DNA of 64,000 nt from Candidatus Omnitrophota bacterium (GCA_025453395.1 JALOQK010000006.1:22539-86538); one strand, 5' to 3'. Positions 39,344 to 49,102 are shown, numbered from the stretch's first letter. Program-made: numbers and translations. The notes: generated from the sequence alone by a model not told the origin.

Positions 39344-40879
39344 CTAATGCAATGGTACAGATAAATTCTCAGAATGGACCGGACGTTTCAAAAGAAAAAC
39401 CAATGGTAAAACACAAAGCATGGCTATCGCCCCTACATAAAAAGCGTCATTAAAAGAAAACAAGTTGGCCTGCCGCAGCAACTGCTGATGGATTAATCCA
39501 TTTGCCGCGTGAGAAGAATACGCGCCGTTCTGCGCTAAAATCGAACCCGCCTTATCCAAGGCTATCTGGTAACGCTGGTCAAACACATTCAGTTTCTCAG
39601 AAAGAATAAACTGATGAAACTGTGACCTGCGGGCAAGGATTGTGGTCATAAAGGCAATCCCGAAACTTCCCGCAATATTCCTCAAGAGATTAAAAATGCT
39701 TGTAGCGTTACCCATCTCTTCTTTATTTATAGTGGTAAAAGCCATGGTCGTCAACGGGATAAAGATCATGCCCATGCCTACGCCCATGACAATCCTTGAC
39801 CAAAGTATAATATTATAATCAACATAAAGATTAAAGTTTGACATAACAACCATGGAATACGATAAAACAATAACCCCCGTAAAAAGGATAAATTTCGGGT
39901 TTATCCTAGTTACCAACCTGCCAACCATAGGCATCATCAAAAGAGTCGCCAGGCCGCCAGGGGCGATAACAAACCCGGCAAGAAACGCGTTATACCCTAA
40001 TAGCTGTTGGACAAAAAGCGGCAAAATAACAATACTTCCGAAAAGCCCGAAAAAAGCGACAAATTGAATAGCATTGGCGCTGGCGAAAGAGATATTTTTT
40101 AACTGCCGGATATTTAACACTGGCGATTTAACCCGCAGCTCAATGATAATGAATAAAATAAACGAAATTACACTTACTACCGATAAGCGGGTTATAAAAG
40201 CAGAGGCAAACCAATCTTCACGCTGCCCCTTATCCAATATAACCTGAAGGCTTCCTACCGCTAAAACAATAAACGCCAGGCCCCAATAATCGATCTTTTC
40301 TTTTATCCTGGTTAAATACGGAGGGTCTTTTATAAAGATAGACACCATTATTATAGAAAGTACTCCTATCGGAATATTTATGTAGAAAATCCAATTCCAT
40401 GACCAATTATCCGTGATCCATCCGCCTAAAAGCGGGCCGATGATCGGCCCGAATAAAACCCCCACGCCAAATATAGCCATTGCCATACCGTATTGCGCCG
40501 GAGGAAATGTTTCAAACAGTATCGCCTGCGAAATAGGCTGCAAGCCCCCGCCTCCTATTCCCTGCAGGACCCTGAAGAAAATAAGCATAGACAAGCTTTT
40601 AGCGCTTCCACACATAAAAGAACTTACGGTAAACAATGTTATTGAAAACAAAACATAATTCCTCCTGCCAAAAACACGGCTTAGCCAACCGGTAAGAGGG
40701 ATAACTATGGCGTTAGCTACAAGATACGCGGTAATCGCCCAGGTAGCTTCATCTACCCCTGCGGATAAACTGCCGCGGATATGATCAAGCGACACATTAA
40801 CTACCGAAGTATCTATTACCTCAATAAGAGTGGGGAATATGACTGTTAAGGCAATGATCCATTTGTTTACTTTATTCAT
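39344..40879 (-). CDS. emrB: EmrB/QacA DHA2 MFS efflux permease
   Basis: DTSVVNVSL, WAITAYL, GWLSRVFGRR, GPLLGGWITDNWSWNWIFYINIPIG. Confidence 0.9.
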   Translation of the reverse strand: MNKVNKWIIALTVIFPTLIEVIDTSVVNVSLDHIRGSLSAGVDEATWAITAYLVANAIVIPLTGWLSRVFGRRNYVLFSITLFTVSSFMCGSAKSLSMLIFFRVLQGIGGGGLQPISQAILFETFPPAQYGMAMAIFGVGVLFGPIIGPLLGGWITDNWSWNWIFYINIPIGVLSIIMVSIFIKDPPYLTRIKEKIDYWGLAFIVLAVGSLQVILDKGQREDWFASAFITRLSVVSVISFILFIIIELRVKSPVLNIRQLKNISFASANAIQFVAFFGLFGSIVILPLFVQQLLGYNAFLAGFVIAPGGLATLLMMPMVGRLVTRINPKFILFTGVIVLSYSMVVMSNFNLYVDYNIILWSRIVMGVGMGMIFIPLTTMAFTTINKEEMGNATSIFNLLRNIAGSFGIAFMTTILARRSQFHQFILSEKLNVFDQRYQIALDKAGSILAQNGAYSSHAANGLIHQQLLRQANLFSFNDAFYVGAIAMLCVLPLVFLLKRPVHSENLSVPLH

Positions 40880-41828
40880 CTTTGGCGATAATACTCGATG
40901 TACAGGACATGCCTATGCGCAATATATGTCCGGCGTCGGATGTTTTATCAAAAACTATCTTTACTGGTATTCTCTGCACGACTTTAACATAATTGCCTAA
41001 CGCGTTCTCCGGAGGAAAAAGCGAAAATGCAGCCCCTGTCCCGGGCATAATACTATCCACTTTTCCGGTAAAAACTTTTCCCGGATAAGTATCCACTTTT
41101 ATTTTTACCTTCTGCCCTGGCTTAACATTTTTAAGCTGGGTTTCTTTGTAATTGGCAACCACCCATATATCATCAAGCGCAACCACCGCCATCAAAGGCT
41201 GGCCTGCCTGTATCTGATTGCCGGTTTCAACGGCTTTATTGGCAATATATCCTTGGCTGGGAGAGTATATTTTAGTATACCCTAAATTCACCTGCGCTGT
41301 TTTAAAAGCTGTCTGTTTCTGTTTCACAAGCGCCTCTTCAAGAAGCTTATTATCTTGTGCGGCCTTAAACTGCTCTATGGCCAATTTATATGCGGTAACG
41401 GATTTTTCATATTTTTCTTTAGGTAAAACTTTTTCCTTAAAAAGGCTGTCCGCTCTTTGCTTATCTTTTGCCGCCTGCAGAAGAGATATCCGGGCGGACC
41501 TTATGCGCGAAAGGGAATCGCTTAATCTTGCCGCTTCAGCTTCAAAGGCTGCCATGGCAGAGTTTACCTGCAGCTTATAATCTACAGGGTCAATATCCAA
41601 AAGCGCCTGATCTTTCTTAACGGCCTGGTTATCATTTGCATATACGAAAGCTACCGTTCCGGGAACTTTAGAGGCTATGCTATGGACCCTGCCGGCAATA
41701 TAAGAATCATCTGTATCAACAAAATTAAGGTTTGATATTAAATAAAACGCCAAACTTACAGCGCCTAATAACGCCAGCACGATCAATAAAATAATAATTT
41801 TCCCCTTCTTCGTATTTTGTATGCTCAT
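40872..41828 (-). CDS. emrA: EmrA/HlyD membrane fusion protein
   Basis: TDDSYI, ANYKETQL, FSLFPPENALGNYVKVVQRIPVKI. Confidence 0.9.
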   Translation of the reverse strand: MSIQNTKKGKIIILLIVLALLGAVSLAFYLISNLNFVDTDDSYIAGRVHSIASKVPGTVAFVYANDNQAVKKDQALLDIDPVDYKLQVNSAMAAFEAEAARLSDSLSRIRSARISLLQAAKDKQRADSLFKEKVLPKEKYEKSVTAYKLAIEQFKAAQDNKLLEEALVKQKQTAFKTAQVNLGYTKIYSPSQGYIANKAVETGNQIQAGQPLMAVVALDDIWVVANYKETQLKNVKPGQKVKIKVDTYPGKVFTGKVDSIMPGTGAAFSLFPPENALGNYVKVVQRIPVKIVFDKTSDAGHILRIGMSCTSSIIAKDE

Positions 41829-41832
41829 TTTA

Positions 41833-43335
41833 TTATTTCTCCATTCTCTCGTAAACTAATGATAAATCTATCCCCATGGAATACAGATATTTCGCGTATC
41901 CCCGTTTAAGCTGGTAATCACTATTATAATAATTTGCCTGAGCGGTAGTTTCCTGAGTTATTGCCTCAAGCACCTCCGTGGGATTAGCGCTTCCGGCTTC
42001 ATATTTCGCGCGGTAAAAACGCACATTCTCTTCTGCCTGTGCCAGCGCGTCTTTGGCAACTAACATTGTCTCTCTGGCATTCTCAAGGCCATAATAACTT
42101 TCTTCGATCTCAAAGCGGATATCTTCAAGCAGTTTTTCCTTTTGCTGGCCCAGTTGCTGCCTGTGTAAACGCTCTTTTAAAAGTTGGGCTCTTGCCAAAC
42201 CGCCATCATAGAGGTCCATCTTCGCCCCCAGCACAGTTGAGAAATTATCCTGATGCGCCTGATATTGGTTTTGTTGGTATGCATACCCGGCCTGAGCAAA
42301 AATAACCGGCAGGTTTCCCGCAGCCTTAGATCTTTCGGCTGATATTGAAGCCTGCATTTGCTGATTGTAGAATATTACTTCCGGCCTATTTGTTTTTGCC
42401 ATATCCCAAGCCCTGTCCATTTCAGGGAAACTAACCGGATAGCCTGGAATATCCCGTACAATAATAGCCTGCCTTAAAGGAAAAGATAAAATATTATTCA
42501 GCCTTGCCACGGCCAACTGCCTGGAATTACGCGAACTAATCAGTTTCTGCTTTACGTCAGCTAATCGCACTTTGGCAGGAAGCACATCGTTTTCAACCAC
42601 TACCCCCTGCTGGTAAAGATGCTCTATATCATTAAGGTAAGAGACCAGGCTTTTAACTTCATCTTCAAATACCGCGATCATTTTCTCCGCCTCTAAAAGG
42701 TCAAAATATGAAGCAATAAACTCCAAGACCGCTACTCTTTTGACGCTTTCGGTGCGGGCTTCCTGGGCCTTGGTTTTCTCCCGCGAGGCCATATAACTTG
42801 AGAGGTTCTTCCCAAAATCAAACAAAGTCTGATAAACATTAAAACCGTAAGAGTATGAATCCTTTTGGGCAGTATTGACTATCTGGGAATTTAATCTTGA
42901 CGCCGGCTGAAATCTTAAGAATGAGCGCGAGGCATCAAGGCTTACCTGCGGGAGAAGCACCGAGCGGCTCAAAAGCGAATCTTCATACGAGATCTCATTA
43001 TCCAAAAGGGATATTTTTATTAAGCGGTTATCCGAGAGGACGATTTTTATGCCTTCTGACAGAGTAATAACCTTCTCTTTGGGCTGTTGAGGACCAGCCC
43101 AAACAGAACCGAACCAACAGGCGCAAAATGTTGCGAAAATAACCGCTTTAAGCAGGTCATCAACTTTAACATCAAAAACTTTGGCGATTTTAACCAATGT
43201 TTTTATCGTGGGATTAGGATTTGCCCCTGACTCCACTTTAACAATAGTATTAAGCGATAAATCCGACAACTTAGAAAGCCTGTCCTGTGAAATACCTGTT
43301 CTAGACCTTAGTTTCCTGATATTTGCGCTTATCAT
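41833..43335 (-). CDS. TolC family protein with in-frame N-terminal XRE helix-turn-helix domain
   Basis: aa 1-63 NIRKLR..GISQDRLS..NTIVKVESG..NPTIKTLVKIAKVFDVKVDDLL; aa 64-80 signal-like ending VWA; then TolC (LLPQVSL, QTLFDFG, NRPEV, LYDGG). Confidence 0.88.
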   Translation of the reverse strand: MISANIRKLRSRTGISQDRLSKLSDLSLNTIVKVESGANPNPTIKTLVKIAKVFDVKVDDLLKAVIFATFCACWFGSVWAGPQQPKEKVITLSEGIKIVLSDNRLIKISLLDNEISYEDSLLSRSVLLPQVSLDASRSFLRFQPASRLNSQIVNTAQKDSYSYGFNVYQTLFDFGKNLSSYMASREKTKAQEARTESVKRVAVLEFIASYFDLLEAEKMIAVFEDEVKSLVSYLNDIEHLYQQGVVVENDVLPAKVRLADVKQKLISSRNSRQLAVARLNNILSFPLRQAIIVRDIPGYPVSFPEMDRAWDMAKTNRPEVIFYNQQMQASISAERSKAAGNLPVIFAQAGYAYQQNQYQAHQDNFSTVLGAKMDLYDGGLARAQLLKERLHRQQLGQQKEKLLEDIRFEIEESYYGLENARETMLVAKDALAQAEENVRFYRAKYEAGSANPTEVLEAITQETTAQANYYNSDYQLKRGYAKYLYSMGIDLSLVYERMEK

Positions 43336-43342
43336 ATAATAA

Positions 43343-43369
43343 TATATTGCTTTTCTTATATTACTTTTC
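43343..43369. promoter_or_regulatory. Direct repeat just upstream of HTH-TolC start, candidate operator
   Basis: tatattgcttttc (43343) and tatattacttttc (43357), 14-bp period. Confidence 0.4.
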
Positions 43370-43382
43370 CCATAATACTACT

Positions 43383-43412
43383 ATTATAATATAATAAACG
43401 GCAAATAGTCAA
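43383..43412 (-). promoter_or_regulatory. Putative sigma70 promoter of efflux operon
   Basis: TTGACT-N18-TATAAT. Confidence 0.5.
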
Positions 43413-43454
43413 GTAAAAAATACCTATATTATTCTTTGGAATTAACGGCGAGTC

Positions 43455-44729
43455 TTAGAACTTCTTGCGGAAATGGCGGTAGTTACTGGTGCTGCGTTGC
43501 TTATTGCGAAAGAAATTCTTTTGTTGATGCTTTTGCTGATGCTTTTGTTTTTGCGCTGCCCCGGAAACGGCTTGGTCAAACTCTTCCTGCGGAACTTCCG
43601 GATGTTTGGCGATCGGCAAAGAGGAGCGGATAATCTTCTCAATATCGCGCACATCACGGGACTGATCAGGGGTGGCAAATGAAATAGCGTGCCCCTTATG
43701 CCCGGCTCTGGCGGTGCGCCCAATGCGGTGCACGTAATTTTCCGCGTCATCCGGCAGGTCGTAATTGATTACAAGCTGAATCCCCTTTACATCCAGCCCG
43801 CGCGAAGCGATATCAGTAGCAACCAACACCTTGAATCTGCCGGATTTGAAACCATCAAGGGCGTCTTTACGCTGGCTTAAAGAACGGTTAGAATGGATCT
43901 CTGCCGCGCTATAACCCATATCCCGTATAGAATTTGTGATCTTCCTGGCATTGTGTTTAGTGCGGGAGAATAAAATCACCGGGCCGTGATACTGCGCTAA
44001 GATTTTACCTAAAAGGCGGTTCTTTGCCTCTTTTCTTACAATAAAAAGCTCTTGCGTCACGTTTTCAGCGGTAGTCCCCGAAGGAGCGACCTCCGCGGAA
44101 ACCGGAAGCTTCATGTATTTAGCCGCCAAAGCCATAATTTCTTTAGGGATAGTCGCGGAAAAAAGCATAGTCTGCCTATCCTTGGGCACAAAACGTAAGA
44201 TTTTCTCTATCTGCGGAGCAAAACCCATATCAAGCATGCGGTCAGCTTCATCAAAAACAAGCATTTTTAAATCATCCAATACCACATTCCAATGCGACAT
44301 GTGGTCAATCAACCTGCCGGGAGTAGCAATTACAATCCGGGGATTCTTGCGCAAGGCCTGAACTTGCCTGTCCATAGGAGCCCCTCCGATAAGGCAGGCA
44401 GTATTTATAGAAAAGGCCTGCGCCAAAGGATGGAAATTTTCGCTAATCTGCATGGCAAGTTCTCTTGTGGGAGCAAGCACTAAACCCATGGCATCGGTTT
44501 TTTGCGCCAGCAGCTGGCACATGGGCACAGCGAATGAATGCGTTTTACCAGTCCCTGTCTGGGCAATACCAATGACATCTTTACCTTCAAGAGCCAAAGG
44601 AATTACTTTCTCCTGAATGGGAGTAGGCACCTTAAATTTAAGGCGCTCTAAGATATCAAGGATTTTAGGCGCAATACCTAAACCATAAAAACCTTGCTGC
44701 TGGGATGGCGCTATTTGTCTATGCGGCAT
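43455..44729 (-). CDS. DEAD-box RNA helicase (RhlE-like)
   Basis: PTPIQ, AQTGTGKT, PTRELA, TPGR, DEAD, SAT, RGLD, HRIGRTAR. Confidence 0.95.
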   Translation of the reverse strand: MPHRQIAPSQQQGFYGLGIAPKILDILERLKFKVPTPIQEKVIPLALEGKDVIGIAQTGTGKTHSFAVPMCQLLAQKTDAMGLVLAPTRELAMQISENFHPLAQAFSINTACLIGGAPMDRQVQALRKNPRIVIATPGRLIDHMSHWNVVLDDLKMLVFDEADRMLDMGFAPQIEKILRFVPKDRQTMLFSATIPKEIMALAAKYMKLPVSAEVAPSGTTAENVTQELFIVRKEAKNRLLGKILAQYHGPVILFSRTKHNARKITNSIRDMGYSAAEIHSNRSLSQRKDALDGFKSGRFKVLVATDIASRGLDVKGIQLVINYDLPDDAENYVHRIGRTARAGHKGHAISFATPDQSRDVRDIEKIIRSSLPIAKHPEVPQEEFDQAVSGAAQKQKHQQKHQQKNFFRNKQRSTSNYRHFRKKF

Positions 44730-44757
44730 AATATTTTTGCAACCTTTCTTTGATCTA

Positions 44758-45825
44758 TTAAAGGGCTTCCTGCGCTTGGCTGACTAACTGATCAATTAAT
44801 TCTTTGACCGAAACAATCTTGTCAATACGATAGGCATTCGTCCCGCACATGGCAAACCCATGCTCTAAATCTCCTCTATAGGCATTTACTAAAGCCTTGG
44901 CAATGCAATAATTTACTTTCCGTGGGTCACAGGTAATCAAACATTTATAAAAACACTGAAAATCTATCTTTTCTCCGCTTTCTATGCGCTCTACAAATTT
45001 ATTGCGGATGACCCTGCCCGGCATGCCTACTGGGCTGTTGATAACCACAATATCCTCTTTCTTAGAGCTAAGATAGAGCTTTTTATATTCTAGCGAAGCA
45101 TCACATTCATTGGTACAGACAAAACGCGTAGCCATCTGTACAGCGCTGGCGCCGATTTTAAGCATTTTGGCGATATCCGCTCCGGTATAGATGCCGCCTG
45201 CGGCAACAACCGGGATACGCGGCGTGTATTTGCCGGCTACTTCTAAAACATCTTTGAGTATATTCTCAAGTGAAAAATGCTCTGGATCTTTCAGCTCTTC
45301 CCTGCTATAACCTAAATGCCCGCCTGCCAAGGGGCCTTCAACAACAATAGCATCAGGAAGCCGCGCGTAGCGCCTCTTCCAAGTGCTACAAATAATATTG
45401 GCTGCCCTTCCAGAAGAAACAATAGGGAAAAGTTTTGTCCTTTTATTCTTGATTAAAGCCGGCAACCCTAAAGGCAGCCCTGCTCCAGAAATAATCACAT
45501 CTATGCCTTCGTCCTGCGCGGCAGAAACCAAATTATCATAATTAGTCAACGCGCACATGACATTTACCCCGATAGGATTTGAAGTTAAACTCCGAGCTTG
45601 ACGGATAGTATCTATAAATGATTGCGTGGAACGCTGGGCATAATTTAAACCGTTGTCGTTATCTTCTTCGCCTAAACCCACGGCGGCAATAACCCCCAAA
45701 GCACCCTGGTTAGAGACCGCGGAAGCCAAAGATGACGCGGACACCCTTACTCCCATTCCGCCCTGAATAATCGGCAATTTAATTTTTAGATCTCCGATAA
45801 TAAGACTTTCTAACTTGCCGCTCAT
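44758..45825 (-). CDS. Nitronate monooxygenase-family flavoprotein, FabX/UfaA-like
   Basis: PIIQGGMG, EGPLAGGHLG, AAGGI, QMATRF, C-terminal CxxxCxxxC..YCI; start ATG 45825. Confidence 0.85.
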   Translation of the reverse strand: MSGKLESLIIGDLKIKLPIIQGGMGVRVSASSLASAVSNQGALGVIAAVGLGEEDNDNGLNYAQRSTQSFIDTIRQARSLTSNPIGVNVMCALTNYDNLVSAAQDEGIDVIISGAGLPLGLPALIKNKRTKLFPIVSSGRAANIICSTWKRRYARLPDAIVVEGPLAGGHLGYSREELKDPEHFSLENILKDVLEVAGKYTPRIPVVAAGGIYTGADIAKMLKIGASAVQMATRFVCTNECDASLEYKKLYLSSKKEDIVVINSPVGMPGRVIRNKFVERIESGEKIDFQCFYKCLITCDPRKVNYCIAKALVNAYRGDLEHGFAMCGTNAYRIDKIVSVKELIDQLVSQAQEAL

Positions 45826-45863
45826 TCTTTTATACCTCTTTCTTATCTGCTGTGGCCTCTTGC

Positions 45864-45906
45864 AAAAAAAATAGCCCGGCCTCTTGTTCATCGATGCCGG
45901 GCTATT
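45864..45906 (-). terminator. Intrinsic terminator after cspA
   Basis: IR aatagcccggc / gccgggctatt followed by a T run on minus strand. Confidence 0.8.
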
Positions 45907-45924
45907 ATCCTTTGTTTTTTAGGT

Positions 45925-46125
45925 TTATAATTTCACTACTTTCGTAGCCTGCTCACCTTTAGGTCCTTTTTCGATCTCGAACTCGACTTCCTGTCCTTCG
46001 TCTAAGGATTTATAGCCTTCACCTTGGATAGCGGTATGATGCACAAATACATCACTGCCATTTTCAGGGGTAATAAACCCATAACCTTTTTGGTTGCTGA
46101 ACCACTTTACTTTGCCCTTTGCCAT
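45925..46125 (-). CDS. cspA: Cold-shock protein
   Basis: GKVKWF, KGYGFI, DVFVH; AGGAGG SD. Confidence 0.96.
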   Translation of the reverse strand: MAKGKVKWFSNQKGYGFITPENGSDVFVHHTAIQGEGYKSLDEGQEVEFEIEKGPKGEQATKVVKL

Positions 46126-46203
46126 CTTTGTTTCCTCCTTTTCTTAAGAATTGTAGCAATAATCCATTGGGAATCCGAGCAAACAATGCCTTGCATTCTA
46201 TCT

Positions 46204-46299
46204 ACACCCCGCGCTTATCTTACCTGGCCTAAATTGCTGGGCCAGTATCCGCCTTTTTGGCGGAGAATTGCCTGCCTACCGGCAGGCAGGCGCGGGTGT
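46204..46299. repeat. Multi-hairpin element in cspA leader including REP-like palindromes
   Basis: Closing stem acacc(c)cgcgc/gcgcgggtgt enclosing ctggcc..ggccag, tccgcc-ttttt-ggcgga and gcctgcctaccggcaggcaggc (46270-91). Confidence 0.65.
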
Positions 46300-46314
46300 G
46301 TTGCCTTCTGCAAC

Positions 46315-46354
46315 AAAAAACCGCAAGGTTAGAACACCTCTTCCCTTGCGGCTT
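46315..46354 (-). terminator. Terminator-like hairpin in cspA leader / downstream of DUF2339 gene
   Basis: Minus strand CCGCAAGG..CCTTGCGG followed by TTTTTT. Confidence 0.65.
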
Positions 46355-46388
46355 AAGATTTCTAATCCCCTCATTTACTACGTTAACA

Positions 46389-46416
46389 AATATAGCATAT
46401 TTCTTTTTATTGTCAA
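46389..46416 (-). promoter_or_regulatory. sigma70 promoter upstream of cspA leader
   Basis: TTGACA-N16-TATATT with TGn extension. Confidence 0.7.
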
Positions 46417-46417
46417 C

Positions 46418-49021
46418 TTATTTTTTTAGGTTTAATTTATCCGCTGTATACTTAGTGTAAACAAAAGATACCCCTAAAAATAACAAGCCTAAAACAATGA
46501 AGCTTATGATTTTATAAATAATCGGCAGCCCTGCTAAATCCACGAATATTATCCGTCCGACGGTAAACCCAAAAACAATAAAACCGCCCTTGCGGAATAT
46601 CTTCTCTTTTATCAAAAACCCTATTGCAAAAAGAACCACTCCCGCTAAGCCCCAAGAAAGCGAAATCCAAATACTTCTTACATGCTGAAAAATAGCAACA
46701 AGCATTAAAGCGGCACTTGCATAAAAAAGAACGCTGATAAGCGGCTTCTCATTTTCATCAATAAGTGATTTCTTATTTAAATTGCGATAAATAAAATATG
46801 CCGCCCAGGCGCAGGCCAGCTTAACCGATATAAGAGCCCATTGGAATACCGGATTAAGATTATAGTACTTATCGATAAAAATAAATCTGACTGCTGCCAG
46901 CAATAAAACAAGAAGCGAATATACGCGGATATGCCTGTCTTCTGCCTTAACAGCCCAAATTAACGCCATAAGCGAAACTATGGCAATGCTTAAGGTAATC
47001 CACACCTGCTGGACATAAACAATAATCGCGAAAATCAATAACGACGAGGAAGCAAAGAAAAGTAATTTAGGAAGCAAAATCTCCCTCTGTCCTTCCAGGG
47101 CATTCCTATTGGATATCCTGTACAAAATATATTCTGCGAAGAAACAGCAGGCTGGCCCATAGATAATAAATAACTGCTGAAATTCGCTTATATTGCTATA
47201 ATTATTCCAAAAACAAAATCTTAAGCCCGCCCAGGCTAAAACAACCAAGGCATACCAACGGATATATTTATCCAATAACAAAACCCCGACAGCAAAAATC
47301 AATACCGACTCCACCGATAATCCAAAGGTAAGCCACATTGGCTTTATTAATTCAATCACATACGCAGTCAAATACACCACAGAAAAGCCTGAATAAGCCC
47401 TTTTGGCTAACTGATCGAAATATGACAACCCGTCTTTTTCTCTAAAGAAGCGGTGCAAACCAAAGCAGGCTGCGGTTGAAATAAACCCCAGTAAGGACAG
47501 AAATTCCTTCCAGCTTATCTTAAAACCTGCCAGGGACAAATCGCCTGAGGGCCCGTAAAATACAAATTGCAAGAATAAAACTATTGATAACCCCACAGCC
47601 AGATAACGGTAGATGCCCCGCTTAAAGATAAAACCCACATATAGCAAAAACGGCAATTCTATCAACCAAACAACCAGGCTATGATAGGCAGCAAATTTTA
47701 ACGGCACCGACAGGGTTATCAAAGAAACCGCGATAATTATGTCAGAAATAAAGAGCTCTTTCCTCTTTAGTAATTCCATAAACATGGCTAGAACAAAATA
47801 CGCTAACCCCATGCCTAAAACCGCGCTAAACTTATAATCGGGATAGAAGAAATAGAACTTAGGATACGCCATAGCAAAAAAGAATATGAAGTTAGCAAAA
47901 TTAGCTGCGGAAAGCTTCCGGTAAACTTGGGCCTGCTTGTCATTCTTTATCAAATGCGCGGCGGCAGTAAAAAGAACCAGATATACGCATAAAAACCCTG
48001 CGTCAAAATGAAAATAAATATTTTCTACGTTTAAATTTCCTGCGGGCACAAAAGAGAATGAGATTTGTTTTATTACCCAAACCAAATGCGTAAGGTAAGT
48101 CAATGCAATGCTGACGAAAATAAAACGCACCCACTGCATTTTATATATTACCACTAATGCCACAACTGCAAGCAGGCTTGCGTTTATAAGCGAAAAATAC
48201 CCCACATCTGCCAAAACTGAAGTAAAATACCCCACAAAAAGCGCTATTGCGGTTAAGCCTTCAGATTTATAACGCAACGAATGCGCGATAATCCCCAAAG
48301 CCACAACAGATAAAAGTAATAGATCTAAAACTTGGCTATTAATTACTTTTGCCGCTTCAAAGTGATACATCGCATAAGTGGTAAAATAGGCGATCGCCCA
48401 ACCGCCGCCTAAAAGCACTCGCCCATAATTAACAAATTTATCTTTCTTCTCTAACTTTAAACCTATAACTAAAAGGCCTGCCGCAATAGCATACCCAAGC
48501 AATACCTTGGCCAATGCGCCGAATAAGAAACCAAAACGGGCAACTGTATAAGTCAATAAAAACGCTACCCCTAAAGAAAAAACTATTATCCCTATTTTAT
48601 TTAACCAGAATTTCCCTAAGTCCATCTCCAGGTCAGTTTTCTTTATAATAACTGCGGCGGGTTTTTCTATAGCAGTAATAGCAGGCTTTATTTCTTTAGG
48701 GGATGGAACTTCTTTTTTCTCTTCTAAGGTTAAGACAGATATTTTTACTTCCAAATTCCTGATCCTATCGCTTAAAGCGTTAAAATCATCCTGAATTGCT
48801 TTAAACTCATCTTTGATCTGGTTAAAAGAGGTTCCCGGGTTAATTGTTTGCGCATTAGAATTATCACTACCCGCTTTAGGCAAAATTGAAACTATTAACA
48901 ATGCCACCGGCCCCAAGGAAAACCCTAAGAAAAACCATGTCAGGCAGCTTCTGTTCTTAAGTTTAGCGACATAAACACTTGCGGCAAAACACGCCATCCA
49001 TATCAAGAAGCCATTAAACAT
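46418..49021 (-). CDS. DUF2339-like large membrane protein
   Basis: LEMDLGKFWLNKIG motif, ~25 TM helices, C-terminal DLAGL..YKIISFIVLG..LGVSFVY. Confidence 0.82.
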   Translation of the reverse strand: MFNGFLIWMACFAASVYVAKLKNRSCLTWFFLGFSLGPVALLIVSILPKAGSDNSNAQTINPGTSFNQIKDEFKAIQDDFNALSDRIRNLEVKISVLTLEEKKEVPSPKEIKPAITAIEKPAAVIIKKTDLEMDLGKFWLNKIGIIVFSLGVAFLLTYTVARFGFLFGALAKVLLGYAIAAGLLVIGLKLEKKDKFVNYGRVLLGGGWAIAYFTTYAMYHFEAAKVINSQVLDLLLLSVVALGIIAHSLRYKSEGLTAIALFVGYFTSVLADVGYFSLINASLLAVVALVVIYKMQWVRFIFVSIALTYLTHLVWVIKQISFSFVPAGNLNVENIYFHFDAGFLCVYLVLFTAAAHLIKNDKQAQVYRKLSAANFANFIFFFAMAYPKFYFFYPDYKFSAVLGMGLAYFVLAMFMELLKRKELFISDIIIAVSLITLSVPLKFAAYHSLVVWLIELPFLLYVGFIFKRGIYRYLAVGLSIVLFLQFVFYGPSGDLSLAGFKISWKEFLSLLGFISTAACFGLHRFFREKDGLSYFDQLAKRAYSGFSVVYLTAYVIELIKPMWLTFGLSVESVLIFAVGVLLLDKYIRWYALVVLAWAGLRFCFWNNYSNISEFQQLFIIYGPACCFFAEYILYRISNRNALEGQREILLPKLLFFASSSLLIFAIIVYVQQVWITLSIAIVSLMALIWAVKAEDRHIRVYSLLVLLLAAVRFIFIDKYYNLNPVFQWALISVKLACAWAAYFIYRNLNKKSLIDENEKPLISVLFYASAALMLVAIFQHVRSIWISLSWGLAGVVLFAIGFLIKEKIFRKGGFIVFGFTVGRIIFVDLAGLPIIYKIISFIVLGLLFLGVSFVYTKYTADKLNLKK

Positions 49022-49102
49022 TATTCCGCTCCTTTTTTATAAGATCGACATTACAGTTAATGCTCCTATTTTAAAACACAAGGATAAAATAGCAAGTATT
49101 CT

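Noticed and set aside
46204-46299. tRNA gene (cloverleaf-like fold)
   Set aside because: No TTCGA T-loop, D-loop GG pattern or 7-nt anticodon loop; arms are GC palindromes
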